Below are positions 1-12,829 of a DNA stretch of 64,000 nt, piece after piece. A program made the position numbers and the translations under genes. How positions within the stretch are numbered: position 1 is the stretch's first letter; the number at the start of each line of letters is the position of its first letter. The DNA is from Eledone cirrhosa (taxonomy: Eukaryota). The stretch spans positions 116,498,001 through 116,562,000 of the forward strand of contig OZ024740.1 of the NCBI GenBank assembly GCA_964016885.1, in the 5' to 3' direction. The notes beneath the pieces are model-generated. The model made no database searches, was not told the origin of the DNA, and was given only the letters and a program-made list of their open reading frames with translations.

Positions 1-378
1 TTATATACTAATAGTTTTACAAGTGACTTTGACAAATTTCATTTAAAAATACTATCTAGAATCTTTATCACATTATTTTTTGCATCTGTTTTTTCCATAC
101 TTACATGGGTTGGACGAAACTTTTTGAGACAGATTTTTTTTGTAGCTGGATGCTCTTCTAGATTCCAACTGATAATTTATTCTATGTAGGGTATATACTG
201 CTACCATTCATTGAACTGTTACATGGCAGGATGTATTATGGAGGACATAAACATCACTGCTTGCTTTTTTTAGCTAGTGTTAATATGAAGATGTTAGTTG
301 CATCTCCCTCTCTCTCTCACATCTGTATGTAGTTGATGGACAAAAGAAAAGAGTACTCAAAACCAAAGTAGAGTTTAA

Positions 379-495
379 ATATTCATTTATTATGGCTTAA
401 ATAGTGAATCTTGTTACTCTGGAATTTCACCTGTGTGCGCGCAAGTGAAACTCCAGAGTAACAGGACTCACTATTTAGCCATAATAAATGAATAT
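379..495. repeat. Imperfect palindrome of about 117 bp
   Basis: Two roughly 56-nt arms differing by a handful of substitutions and one indel. Confidence 0.9.
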
Positions 496-1097
496 ATACA
501 TACGCACTGATATACAACAGGCTTTCTTACAGTTTCTGTCTATTAAATTCATTCATAAAGCATTTTTTTTGCCCAAATTTATCAAATGTGCCACACGGAG
601 AGACTCAACCCAATAGGACATTTCTTCACCACACAGCCATCGCTCTTTCTTACTATAAATAATTCTCTAAACTAATAGATTTTTTCAGATGCATGCACAT
701 GCTTATTCACATGCATAATCCTCACATACATGTGCAAATGGCTTAATGAATAAATAACGACACCATTTGTTAATGAGCTGTCAGTTTGTATCTATTGCAT
801 TGATGAAACCTTTAAGAACTACTTGCTTTCCAGTCAGATGACCACCAAACATATTTTTGTTCTTTCCATTGAATTACAGCAGTAGGTCAATGGGATCATA
901 TTTAAAAAGATAAAATTGTCTAACCACAGTAATAAAAGCTATATATCAGCATCATCATCATCCTTTTTGTGTCCATTTCATTCAATGCTAGCATAAGTTA
1001 TTTTTTAGGCTGTATTCTATGGCTGTATTTTCCTTCCAGATGCAAACCCTTACTTTTTTCCCCAAGGAAAACATACTAATTTATGTGTATCAAACAA

Positions 1098-1300
1098 TTA
1101 ACCCTTTAGCATACACATTACTCTATATATACTATTGTATTTTCATGGTAAAGGCTTTACCTCACATCATATCGAATCTGAGATTTTGAAAGTATTTATT
1201 TTGAGAACAATACCTTAGCATCAGTTTGAGCGACCAGTTACAGCTAGTTTCAACAGAAAAAGGTAGAGAATTTTGGCCGGTTTGAACATTAAAGGGTTAA
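1098..1300 (+). mobile_element. piggyBac-like MITE family 1 (TTAA TSD, CCCTTTAGCAT termini, about 200 bp)
   Basis: ttaa-ccctttagcat...aaaggg-ttaa. Further copies lie at 7388-7578, about 16130-16336, 29274-29500, 53327-53521 and 54506-54711 (inverted). Confidence 0.8.
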
Positions 1301-2085
1301 ACCATGGGACTTTTGTTTATGTGGGACAAATGTAAATACACATATACAATGGGCTTTGTATATTGGTTGACCTCAAGCTGTAGTAGACACCTGATTAAAG
1401 TGCTACATGGTGGGTTAGAACTTGAAAAATCATGGTTCTGAAGTGAACTTCTTAAATACACTGCAATTTTGCAATAACATACATACTAAATTCATCCGCC
1501 AAAACTAAGGGTTGCCCCTCTTGTCAAGCCCCACGTGGGTTTTGATAACGGTCAGTCCTTGGCTTGGCACTGAACTAAAAGCCTGTTCGATCATCATACC
1601 AAAAGCTTAACATTATTTGTGCCATGCTTTGACGCATAGATTTATAGCCTTTTCCATTCTGAGTTCAAATCCCGCCGAGGTCAACTTTGCCTTTCATCGT
1701 TACGGGGTTGATAAAATAAAGTACCAGTAATGTACTGGGTAATTGCTGGTCTTGTGCCAAAGGTAGAAACAATTATTTGTCTAAGCAGACAGTACTTGAT
1801 TTAGGAGTTGCAGAAACCCAATGCTGGATTTTACCAACCTTCCAGGGGTCCAGGTATAATTTTCAATCATATTTTATTTGTTTGACCCGAATTACTTGGT
1901 CGTTTCTATGGCTGTGCGGATAATGGTTTAACCATCATCTCAGTGTGTTTGGCCTTTTAACTTATGTTGTTGCTCTAGTTCACTAGCTTCTATGGAGCGC
2001 TTGCCACACATCTCGGAAATTGTTTTTCGCTAATTTCCAATAGCCGAAATACGATTCTCGCTAATTTATATATATATAAATATAT

Positions 2086-2715
2086 ATCATCATCATCAAC
2101 GTTTAACGTCCGTGTTCCACGCTTGCATGGGTTTGGACGGGGGTAGTCCCACTTGAGGCAAGAGTGATTGTCTTGCTCGCATAGGACTGTCTGGCAGGTT
2201 TTCTACAGTTGGATGCCCTTCCTAACACCAACCACATTTACAGTGTGGGTCTGGGAGGTTTTTACCGTGTTGCCTACACGGCCACATTACAACGTGGACT
2301 GTGTGTTTTTTTGTCGTGACACCTACACGATCTCATTTGTTTCGGCCTCGATGGCGCGGCACCAACATAACTTTACATAGAACGGGGTGGTGTGGATGGG
2401 GTGGGGGTGGTGGTGGTGGGACGGGGTGTATTTTGTTAGAGATGCCTACTGGCTGGAGTAGGTTTTACTATATATTTAGGTAATGCGGGTCTTCTCTGTT
2501 ACTGAGTACCGCCAAAGGTCTCGGTCCAGTGACATTGTCTTGGAGAGGTGTAAGTGTGTGATGTCGGAGTTTATCAGCTCGTCCCAGGTTTTTCTAGGTC
2601 TGCCTATTCCGTGACTACCGTCTATCTTTATTGCCCTGCACTTTGTTATACAGCTATCGACTTTCATGCGCATCACGTGTCCATACCAACGTAGCCTTCT
2701 CTCGAGTAAACAACA
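2086..2715 (-). mobile_element. RTE LINE 3' end (second subfamily)
   Basis: Reads RRLRWYGHVMRMKVDSCITKCR...GRPRKTW, followed by a 3' UTR and GAT tail. It is near-identical to 56195-56733. Confidence 0.88.
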
Positions 2716-3052
2716 TCATATATATATATATACTAAAATTCTGCGATTGCTTGCTTACTTGTCTGTAATGGGGAAAATACTTTGAAAGGAAGTTGACCCT
2801 GAAATGGGGATACAAATGGAATAAAACAAGTTTTGTGTAAAGGACGGATTCCCGAGATATGGGGTTTTTCCAGGTACCTTCATAAACAGAGAAGGATAGA
2901 GAAAAAGAGATAGTGGTTGTGAGAGAGTAAATTGAGAGGGAGAGGAGAAGGAGAATGGGAGAGAGAGAGCTGATGGTGTTGTGTGTATATATATATGTGA
3001 GTGTATGTGTCTATGACCAGTGTATATAGATCACAGATGCCCACATATATAT

Positions 3053-3105
<53 letters not shown>

Positions 3106-3431
3106 CACATACACACGTATATATCTGGGCCTTCCAGTTTCATTTCACATATACATGTGTGTGTATATTTTAATTATTTAAAAATTATTTTTAAGTGAAC
3201 ATGATTTTAAAAGATATTTTGAAGTGAACATGACCCAACAGGTCTCGAGTGGTCTAGTATATATTTATGTACACACACATCCATATGGTGTATATAGACA
3301 GTTTTACAATGATAGTACATTTGAAAATCAAATCAAACCACATATTGAAATATATATTTATAGGTATATGGTTTAATTTTATTTTCAAGCATTTCTTCAT
3401 ATTAAACGTATTTATATATAACATTGTATAT

Positions 3432-4622
3432 ATTAGAAAGAAAGGATCTCAAAGTCAACATGACAAAGACTAAGGTCCTTGTAAGTAGACGAGAAAACAG
3501 AACCCAGATCCCCTCAGGGAAATGGCCTTGCTCAGTATGTAGGAAAGGTGTAGGTAGGAACTCCATTCTCTGCCCCAAATGCAAACAATGGGTACACAAG
3601 AGATGTAGCGGGATCTCAGGAAGCTTAATTAAGAATGTAGGCTTCACATGCAGCAGCTGTACTGGGACAGCAAGCAGCAAACAGCCACAGGAAACAAGTA
3701 CCACCAATCTCTGGGAGGGCTCTGTAGAAACAGTAGACAGCTTCTGCTACCTAGGTGACCGAATTAGCAGCGGAGGTGGGTGTTCAGAAAGTACAATAAC
3801 TAGGGTAAGAACGGGATGGAAGAAGTTTAGGGAACTACTACCACTGCTTGCTGCAAAAGGCTTCTCCCTCAGAATGAAAGGCAGACTGTATGATGCGTGT
3901 ATCCGAACAGCGATGTTGCATGGTAGTGAGACCTGGGCGCTGAAGGTGGAAGACTTACGTAGATTAGAGAGAAACGAAGCCTGCATGCTCCGATGGATGA
4001 GTAACAGTAATATACGTGAACGACAAAGCATAAATGAATTGAGAGAGAGACTGAGCATAAGAGGAATCAAATGCTGTGTGCAGGAGAGGCGGTTGCGCTG
4101 GTATGGACATGTGATGCGTATGAAGGATGACAGCTGCATAAAAAGGTGCAGAGCACTAGAAGTCGATGGAAACTGCGGAGTGGGGAGACCCAAGATGACC
4201 TGGGATGAGGTGATAAAAGCCGACCTTACCCAATTACACCTCTCAAAGGCAATGACACACGACCGTGACTTCTGGTGTCCTGCAGTAATACAGGGTACCC
4301 GACCTCCCATGGGTACAAGCTGAAGCATATAGACAATATGCCCCCACACCCCCCACCGCAAGGTGGTCGTGGAGGTGCCACGGCAAAAAAGCACCCAGCC
4401 CACACTGTAAAGTGGGCGTGTAGGCGCCACGAAAAAGCACCCAGCACTCACTGTAAATGAGGTTGGTGTTAGGAAGGGCATCCAGCTGTAGAAATCAAGC
4501 CAAATCAGTTCCTGTATGAGCAAGGCATGGTCAGCCGACCAGACACTGCCCACAACAGGACAACCCGTCTAACCCATGCTAGCGTGGAAGAACGGACGTA
4601 AAACGGTGATGATGATGATGAC
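3432..4622 (+). mobile_element. RTE-clade LINE, 5'-truncated, with open ORF C-terminus, PHD-like finger, structured 3' UTR and (GAT)n tail
   Basis: ORF 3424-4323 contains VDSFCYLG, LHGSETW, RRLRWYGHVMR and GRPKMTW. The element ends ...ggacgtaaaacggtgatgatgatg. Confidence 0.92.
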
Positions 4623-5206
4623 GATATTACCTTAAATCTGATTCTTTTCACTTTTATTGAGCTCTCTCACTAATCACTTTGTACAAAAAGTACTTTCAGT
4701 TTAGCTATGAAATATATATCCATATTACTATATATATATTTATGACTTACTGCTTCTGGTTGTCCATGGAATCCAATGATGACCATATTCTCCATTTGTG
4801 GATCCTTTGCTGACTGTACATATCACATATGTGAATTTTAAAGTTATTTTCCCTGTCTAAGAGGTAACTTTGACAGGTTTCATAAAGCTGGAGTTAACAA
4901 TGTCTGGCTTCTTACTCCTCATAGTAATTTTTGAAGCAATATTTTATGGCTGGATGCTCTTCCTAACATCAACCGTTTTAGTCACTTCTTATGACATACA
5001 AGGATATGGTGTACCTATTCTAAATTGGAGATACGCAAGACTATATATGCTAGCGTGGAAAATGGACGTTAAACGATGATATTGATGATGATGAGGATAA
5101 ATGTAAATATTTAGTTGGAGAGGTCAAGTTTTACTCTGTGTGCATGCTTCTTTTCTCATATCCCCATCCATCAGTAAGACTCACTGAAAAGGCAGTTATA
5201 GTATAA

Positions 5207-6450
5207 GTCCCTCAGCCGAAAGGAAGTAGTCACAGTTCTAGGACAGCATTCTTCACCATATGAGATGTCATCTGGTGTACCACAGGGATCTGTTCTTGGT
5301 CCTCTTTTGTTTGTGGCATATATTAATGACATAGATGCCAACTTACAGAATGCCACGGTACTAAAATATGCAGATGACATCAAGCTGTACCTTGAAATCA
5401 AAAGGACTGATCCTGAAATTTACAACTCTTTCCTACAATCAGACCTGGACACAATGCAGCAATGGATCACAGACTGGCAACTGAAGCTGGCTGTGGACAA
5501 GTGTACCACCATGCATTTTGGAAGGAAAAATCCAGCGTCCACATACTCCCTCCACAACACTGACATCAAAAAGTCCTCTTGTGAACGTGACCTGGGCATT
5601 ACTGTCAGCAACGATTTGCGTTGGACAAAGCATGTCTCTAAGATTGTCAAGAAGGCCGAGGGTGTCTTGGCATCACTCAGCAAGACCTTTGTTAGCCGCT
5701 CTCCAGCCATCTATTTAAAACTGTATACAGCTATGGTGCGACCACACTTGGAATTCGCATCATCAGTCTGGAACCCCTATCTTGCTCGGAACATTGACCT
5801 CCTGGAAACTGTTCAGAGACGTGCAACCAAGCGCATACCCTCCATCAGACACCTACCATACTCTGAATGCCTTGCTTCCCTGGGCATGGATTCATTGAAG
5901 CTCCGACGTCTGGCAGTGGACTTGGTGAATACCCACAAAGTTTTTAACCATCTCGCCAACTGCAACCCTGAGCGCCTCTTTGATCTCCATGTATCTAACA
6001 CACGTGGACATGCCTACAAGATAAGAAAACAGCACAGCTCCCATGACTTTCGCAGACATTTTTTCACGCTCAGAGTTGCTGAAACATGGAACAAACTGCC
6101 TGCGTCAATTGTTAGCTGCCGAGACACTGCATCCTTTAAGACACTCATGCTTCCCGAAATACGCCAAAACTACACCTGATGTGCCCCTTCCATACACATG
6201 CACACATGTGTGCACTGTTCATTTTACTGATGTTTGTGCATTGCCCTATGTACTGTACATGCACTTTTTTGATGGGTTGTGGTGCACCTGGGCACTGTGC
6301 ACAATATTTCATTATTGTTATTATTATATCATGACTCATACACTGTTTATTTTCCTGACATTTGTACATTATTCTATGTACTATACATGCACCTTTGATG
6401 AGTTGTAGTGCACCTGAGCACTGTACACAATAATTTCATTATTATTATTA
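5207..6450 (+). mobile_element. CR1-group LINE, 5'-truncated, open RT ORF 5265-6179, doubled 3' tail
   Basis: SGVPQGSVLGPLLF, YADD and TRGH...RHFF..RV...WNKLP motifs, a 3' stem-loop and an (ATT)n tail. Confidence 0.92.
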
Positions 6451-9400
6451 ATCAGGAATTATTATTTTATTAGTCATTGTATTGTATCATTTATTAGGTT
6501 TAAACTTTATTTCGCTATAGACAAAGAGAGAATATGCGTTACTACACCAGGTTTCATAAAATATGTTTGAATGACTGAATAACCAGAGTTATATATATAT
6601 ATATAATATGATGGGTTGTGTACACACATTTTTCATAGTCCCTATATATATATATGATATAGGTCTAATGTGTATCTTTGAGAGAGAGAGAGATTGTTCA
6701 ACAGTTTTCAATTTAGGGAAAGACATTTGAGGAATTAAATAGCACTATCTTACATTATTCTTGTGTAAATAATATGCTGGGTTTCTCTATTGTCTGTTAA
6801 GTTGGCAGTTGTTTAAATAGAAGTCTTTGTCAGTTGATTCTTTGTATACTAAACAATCACTTTTACATTTTCACTTCTCACTGTTTAGTGTTACTAAAAG
6901 AACTGACACAGTGGTGTTATAAATTACATGGGATAGTATATTTGACATTATTCTTTGTTTCTCTATTGATTACACCTGATGACTGAGCTGTTATTTGATA
7001 AGTTGTGCTGTCATTAATTTCCCAATGAATTCTTTTCAGATTCGACTCAATTTCTTTTTTAACTAATGTTCTAAACAAGACACAATAGTGGTTTTTAAAA
7101 AAATAGAAACGCAAACAAACATAGAAAAGAGTGAATCAATGGTAGGTTAACAGTTGATTATTGATTAATCAGTTCAAATAAAAATACCTAAATGTTGTTG
7201 CTACTGCCTAGATTGATGACACTAGGCTAATTGATCAAAATATTACTTCAATGTCTCTATTGTAATGCAAAGGTGTCCTCATATTAATATTCAAGTTTGC
7301 CTTTATTCTATAAACTGCTCTGAGTTTGTTTAGATTTAGCTGCAGCATTTAACCTTATAGCTAGGGCTGGCACTACCATTAGGCCAATTAACCCTTTAGC
7401 ATTATACTATTGTATTTTCATGGTAAAGGCCTTATCTCACATAATATTGAATCTATGAGATTTTGATGTTATTTATTTTGAGAACAATACCGTAACATCA
7501 ATAAGAGCAGCCGATTTTAACAGAAAGAGGTGAGAGAATTCTGGCCAGATACAGCTGGTTAAAAAGCTAATGGGTTAAGCAGCTGTCTATGTTACACAAC
7601 ATAGACACACATTACTGAATCTTAAAGGATCATTTTTTTACAATTATATAATTTTATAATTAAATTAAATATGTAATAGTTTCTTTGAGAAATAAATTAA
7701 TCACTAAATATATTTCCCAAATATCCAAGGTAGTGGAGAGGGTCACATGATTTGGTGTGGGTGAGTGTGGACTGTATAGTAGAGAATAGAGGCTTTAGTT
7801 TTCATAGTGTGGTTAGAGCAAGAAGTGTCAAAAACTAGATTTGTTAGCTTACCTAATTGCAAGTTGAAATTATTTTATTTGGGAGAATGGGCACACATGG
7901 AGAGCTAACCAAGGGTGCTACATACCCACACCTTTAAACATTTTTTTAAATATTTCATGACATGAAATTAATAAACAAATAAATATCACACGACATGTCA
8001 CCAGTCATGTATGCAGAGCTGTCAAATTTTAATATACTTTAGTCAAAATATTATGTAAAAATTGATTAGAATTGACTTAATTTTGTTTATTGGCAAGACA
8101 CAGTTTGGAAACATCTGCTGTACATGGTCATGCAATTTGTTAGAAATATCAACCAAATCTTTCAAATCACACACCCTACCATCGTAGAAAAGGACGCATT
8201 CGATAATGAAGTATGGTATACATTATGTCTGAAAAAAAGGATGGTCATAGCCCTCCTTGACCAGGCTAATGAGGGGTATATCAATAATGAAAAGATTGTT
8301 TTTTGCTAGGTTTTATTTAACTTATTTGATACCAAACTACGGGAAACCACCCCTGGTTCTACAATACAAAGCTCTGTTTAATTTAAAGTGTTTATATTCA
8401 TATATAAATTCCTGCGATTCTGTCCAAACACGTAAAGAAAGAGGAGTAGTGTGACTACCCCATACTACTCCTCTTTCGTTACGTCCGCTTGTATTTGTGT
8501 GTAAAAGGAAGGAAAGATAGTGGAAAAAACTACGCTGTGTATGAATGTATGTGTTTGTGTGAATGTATGTCTGTGTGTATTTTTGTAAGTGTGTCAGTGT
8601 TTGCTCGTTTATATTTATATACTCATACATATAAATGTATGCATATGCGCATACGCGTCAACGTATGGAAAACAATTCTAGTTTATCTAAAAACCTTCCA
8701 TCATAATTTTATGTAAGAACTTTTATGTTCCAAACACGATCTTAACGAAAAAGCTAACTAAACCTCTCCAAATTTTCTTCAGTCATGACATAACTGAAGT
8801 AGCATACTCTAGCCAATTAGTTCCCAAACTTATTGGGTCATGGAACTCTTATACAATTTAAAAAAAAAAAAACATTTTACAGACAACCCCAGCACACCAA
8901 TTTTAATAAGTTTTAAATGAAACAGAAATTATTTGAGAGGGAATTTATTGATAAAAAAAACCCAATAATTTGTGGAACCTTGGGTTTCTCAGAACCCATT
9001 TTAGGAAACACTATTCTACATAGTTACTCAAACTGCTAGAAATAGCAACCAAATCTTCCACCCTGTTATAACTGGATAATGCAGTCTGGGATATATACAC
9101 TATGTCTGAAAAAATAATGAAGGGGTAGTCATATGCTCGAATGTATTTGATTGTAGCTCTACTGGACTAATTTTAATTTTATTTACACTTAAGTATATTG
9201 AGAGTACCTCACTTTTCTTGATTTTTGTGTGTATCTCATCAACACAATACACACACTTACATTGAAGCATATTCACACTCTCATTAACATGTACTCATTC
9301 ATTCACCATTAGACTGTATCGTATTCCGATATACACAGTTCAATTATCTTTCAATTTTAAATTTGGCGTTGGTGAAGTTTACTTTCCATTCCTCTGAGGC

Positions 9401-9539
9401 AAAAAAAAAAAGAAATACTAGTGATATTTTGTGAAGGTTTAAGATAAATTAGATAAACATATATGTTGTGTGTGAGTGTGTGTGAACTTTTATGGTTGTT
9501 AATTGATAAATTATATACTCGCACACATGTAGCCTCATA

Positions 9540-9747
9540 AAAGTGGCATGATTTTCCTCGTCCTTTCGTTGTTTGGCTTCTGTAATCAGCCGATACCTGT
9601 CCCGTCAATTCAATAGGTCCATTTCTCATATCTCCTTCCTCCTTCTCATTTCAAGCCTTGCACTTTTGTTCAACAATTCTCAGCCGACTTCTATTTTTCT
9701 TTTCTTCTGTCAATTCATTGCCTCCTTCTTCGCCTCGTCTTTACTCG
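9540..9747 (+). promoter_or_regulatory. Candidate promoter / first non-coding exon, possibly of RMDN1
   Basis: Non-repetitive pyrimidine-rich stretch that retains CpGs and ends in a consensus donor (G|GTGAGT at 9747/9748). The link to RMDN1 is an inference. Confidence 0.35.
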
Positions 9748-10798
9748 GTGAGTTCATGCACTTGACCGTCCTGTTATTTTTTTAAACAATTTATTTCCTC
9801 ATTTTGTTAGCAAACATATTTGTATTTTTTTTTAGTGTTATTTTTTTCTCTTCTCTTTTCAGTTAAGGTTTTATTTTGTTCTGGTTACAGGACTACTATT
9901 AAGTGCATTGTGTATCTCAAAGTGGCATAAATGAATCGAAATGATCCCCGACTGGGAAATGAAATCAGCCCATCGGAAGCCTATTTATTGATCTAAGGTG
10001 TTAGCAATATATCTTTTAAATAATTCAATTTTCTTCAAATAGATTAAAGTCGTTCACCAACGGCACGGCGATTTTTAAGGAGCGCAACCAAGCTTAAAAA
10101 TTAGAAATGAAAACTTTTTGTAAAAAAAAAAAATTAATAATATTTTTTACGATATTGTTGATACATTAAATTTAAAGTTCGCATCCGTGTGCTTCACAAT
10201 TAAGTCAATTCCATTTCATCCACACAAAGCAAACTTTTTTTGTGATGGTTGTTGAAACATTACATTTTCATAGCTAAGTGTGTACGAGTAATGTGTACTT
10301 TTATTGTTTCACATCATCCAAGTTTCATATTAACAATCTTTAAGTATGCACCACCCTTCCCCTCTCTTTAAGTTTTATGTTGATATCTTATTGTTTGGGA
10401 TGTCTTACAGACTTTTCAAGGATGTAGTTATAGAAACAGTTAATTGTTTTACAAAAGCAAGGGCTAAATTCACTTTAATTTACGTTAATAATGTAACAGT
10501 TGCTTGTGGATATAGACTTGTGAACACAACCGGCGCGAGAGATAAAGATTTTAGTAATCTAACAAAATTTAAAGACAATTCAATTTTCTTTTCCACTTTT
10601 ACATTTACGCTTACCTAATCACAAACTTCTTAATACTATCAGGACTAAATTATGTTTAAACACTCATCCTCCTCTCTGGAAACTAATTGGTACCATTTAC
10701 TGTATTTATAGTACCATATAACGGCAAACGCAAATAAAACCACAGGAAAAATCTTCGGAACTAAAATATTTTCAGTGGCTTTTCTTATATCTTTAAAA

Positions 10799-11000
10799 TA
10801 CAGGGTGAGCATAGTTTTTTTCCTGATTATGAAATATCATATTTTGGATACTATTTGAGATTTTACTTTTTCATGGTTTTAATTTATAAATATGTGAATG
10901 ATATATGCTACAAGTGTGCCAAAAACTGCTTTTCTATTTGGTTTATGATTTGCTTAATAAAAGTTTATAATCTGGGAAATACTTTTATGCTCACCCTGTA
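10799..11000. mobile_element. Tc1/mariner-type MITE
   Basis: TA TSD and perfect TIRs CAGGGTGAGCATA...TATGCTCACCCTG. Confidence 0.85.
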
Positions 11001-11596
11001 TAAGTTTCCACTGTTTTATGTAAATTTTCTTTTCCTGCTGGATTCGATATAACATTTCTTAACTTTCGATGACTCCTGTTAATTATCTATGGCTTTTGGA
11101 AAGAGAACAGTTGAAAAAACTCACCTGTTATATGCAACAAGTCACAGCGTACTTTTGATAAATGAATGAATGAAAGTGAAGAGTTGTGTATTACAATAAA
11201 AAAAATATCTGAAAGAAAAGATGAAATCTCTCCACATTAGACGTCAGTTATACAGCTATATGTTGCTTAACTCCAGGCACCCTTCGCATTCACATTGAGC
11301 AGATCTATAACCATTCTGCCTTCAAGGCATTATGTATCTGGAGCCACATCATCCAACATCATCCTCCTTTTTTTAAAGACAGTCGGCATGATTTGAGAGA
11401 AATTTGACATCTATTTCTAGTAGGTCGAGCGACTACTTAATGATTTTAAAAGATACACTCTCCGTCAGAATTTATCATTGCAATAATTCCATAGAAAATG
11501 GCCTACTATGATTGTGATTAAAAAGAGAACAGTGTTTTGTTTTGTATATATTGTATTCTCCAACTGATAAAGTCGTCCCAGCCACTTTTTTCTATA

Positions 11597-12437
11597 TAAT
11601 ATAATGAAATTATTGTGTAAAGTGCTCAGGTGCACTACAACTCGTCAAAGGTGCATAATACACAAATGTCAGGGAAGTGAATAGTGTATGAGTCATGATA
11701 TACATGTATGTGTATGGAGGGGGAACATTAGGTATAGTGTTGGCGAATCTCGGGAAGCATGGAGGCCTTAAAGGATGCAGTGTCTCGACAGCTAACAACC
11801 GATGCAGGTAGTTTATTCCATGCTTCAGCAACTCTGAGCGTGAAAAAATGTTTCCGAAAGTCATGGGAACTGTACTGTTTTCTGACACATGGAAATCAAA
11901 AAGGTACTCAGGGTTGTTGTTGGCAAGATGGTTAACAATGTTGTGGGTGTTTACCAAGTCAGTTGCCAGGCGTCGGAGCTTCACTATATCCATGCCCAGG
12001 GAAGCAAGGCGCTCAGAGTATGGTAGATGCCTGATGGAGGGTATTCGCTTGGTTGCACGTCTCTGAACAGTTTCCAGGCGGTCAATGTTCTGAGCAAGAT
12101 AGGGGTTCCAGACTGGTGATGCAAATTCTAAGTGTGGCCGCACCATAGCCATGTACAGCCTTAAATAGATAGCTGGAGAGCGGCTGACAAAGGTCTTGCT
12201 GAGTGATGCTAAGACACCCTCGGCCCTCTTGACAATTTTAGAGACGTGCTTCGTCCAACGCAAACCGCTGCTGACCGTAATGCCCAGGTCACGTTCACAA
12301 GAAGACTTCTTGATATTAGTGCTGTGGAGGAAGTATGTGGACGCTGGGTTTTTACTCCCAAAATGCATGGTGGTGCACTTGTCCACAGTTAGCTTGAGTT
12401 GCCAGTCTAAGATCCATTGTTGCATTGTGTCCAGGTC
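11597..12437 (-). mobile_element. CR1-group LINE 3' part (same family)
   Basis: ORF 11610-12425 is highly similar to 5265-6179. Confidence 0.92.
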
Positions 12438-12829
12438 ATGTGAGGAGATACATGTATTCTTGGTAATTTACTAAAGGCTAGATTTTGTTTACGTAACATG
12501 AACTCACTTTGAAATCGTTATTCTCACTTTAAACTGATATACCCTTACTTAGAATTAATTACAATTACTGAATTTTTTTTTTTGTGTGTCACAGAAATAT
12601 TCAATCCTTTACATTAGTGTACATTTTCACTGTTTATTTTCAAGCATCATTTATCTCATTCAAGCAAGTACTCTTTCATACATTGTTTAGGCTGAGGTCA
12701 GCCGTAACTGAGGAGACCACATCATGTTTTCAAAAGTAGTGTTTCAAAGACTACATTAATTCATTGGTAAATCTATAGACCCACCACCACCACCACCGAT
12801 TTCAGAAGGAAATAATTTTTCCTCGATTT

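Noticed and set aside
1500-2070. Possible Penelope GIY-YIG remnant on the minus strand
   Set aside because: The resemblance is faint and crosses many stops and frameshifts. It cannot be supported without a profile search.
2880-3473. Short ORFs rich in YI/HT/CV repeats (similar ones at 22.7, 34, 37.4, 48.3 and 59.6 kb)
   Set aside because: They are translations of microsatellites.
3747-4553. 268-aa minus-strand ORF
   Set aside because: It is the antisense shadow of the RTE ORF and UTR, with no recognisable motifs.
5265-6179. Domesticated or retron-like stand-alone RT gene
   Set aside because: It is a 5'-truncated CR1 copy with two close relatives in the window and a typical LINE tail.
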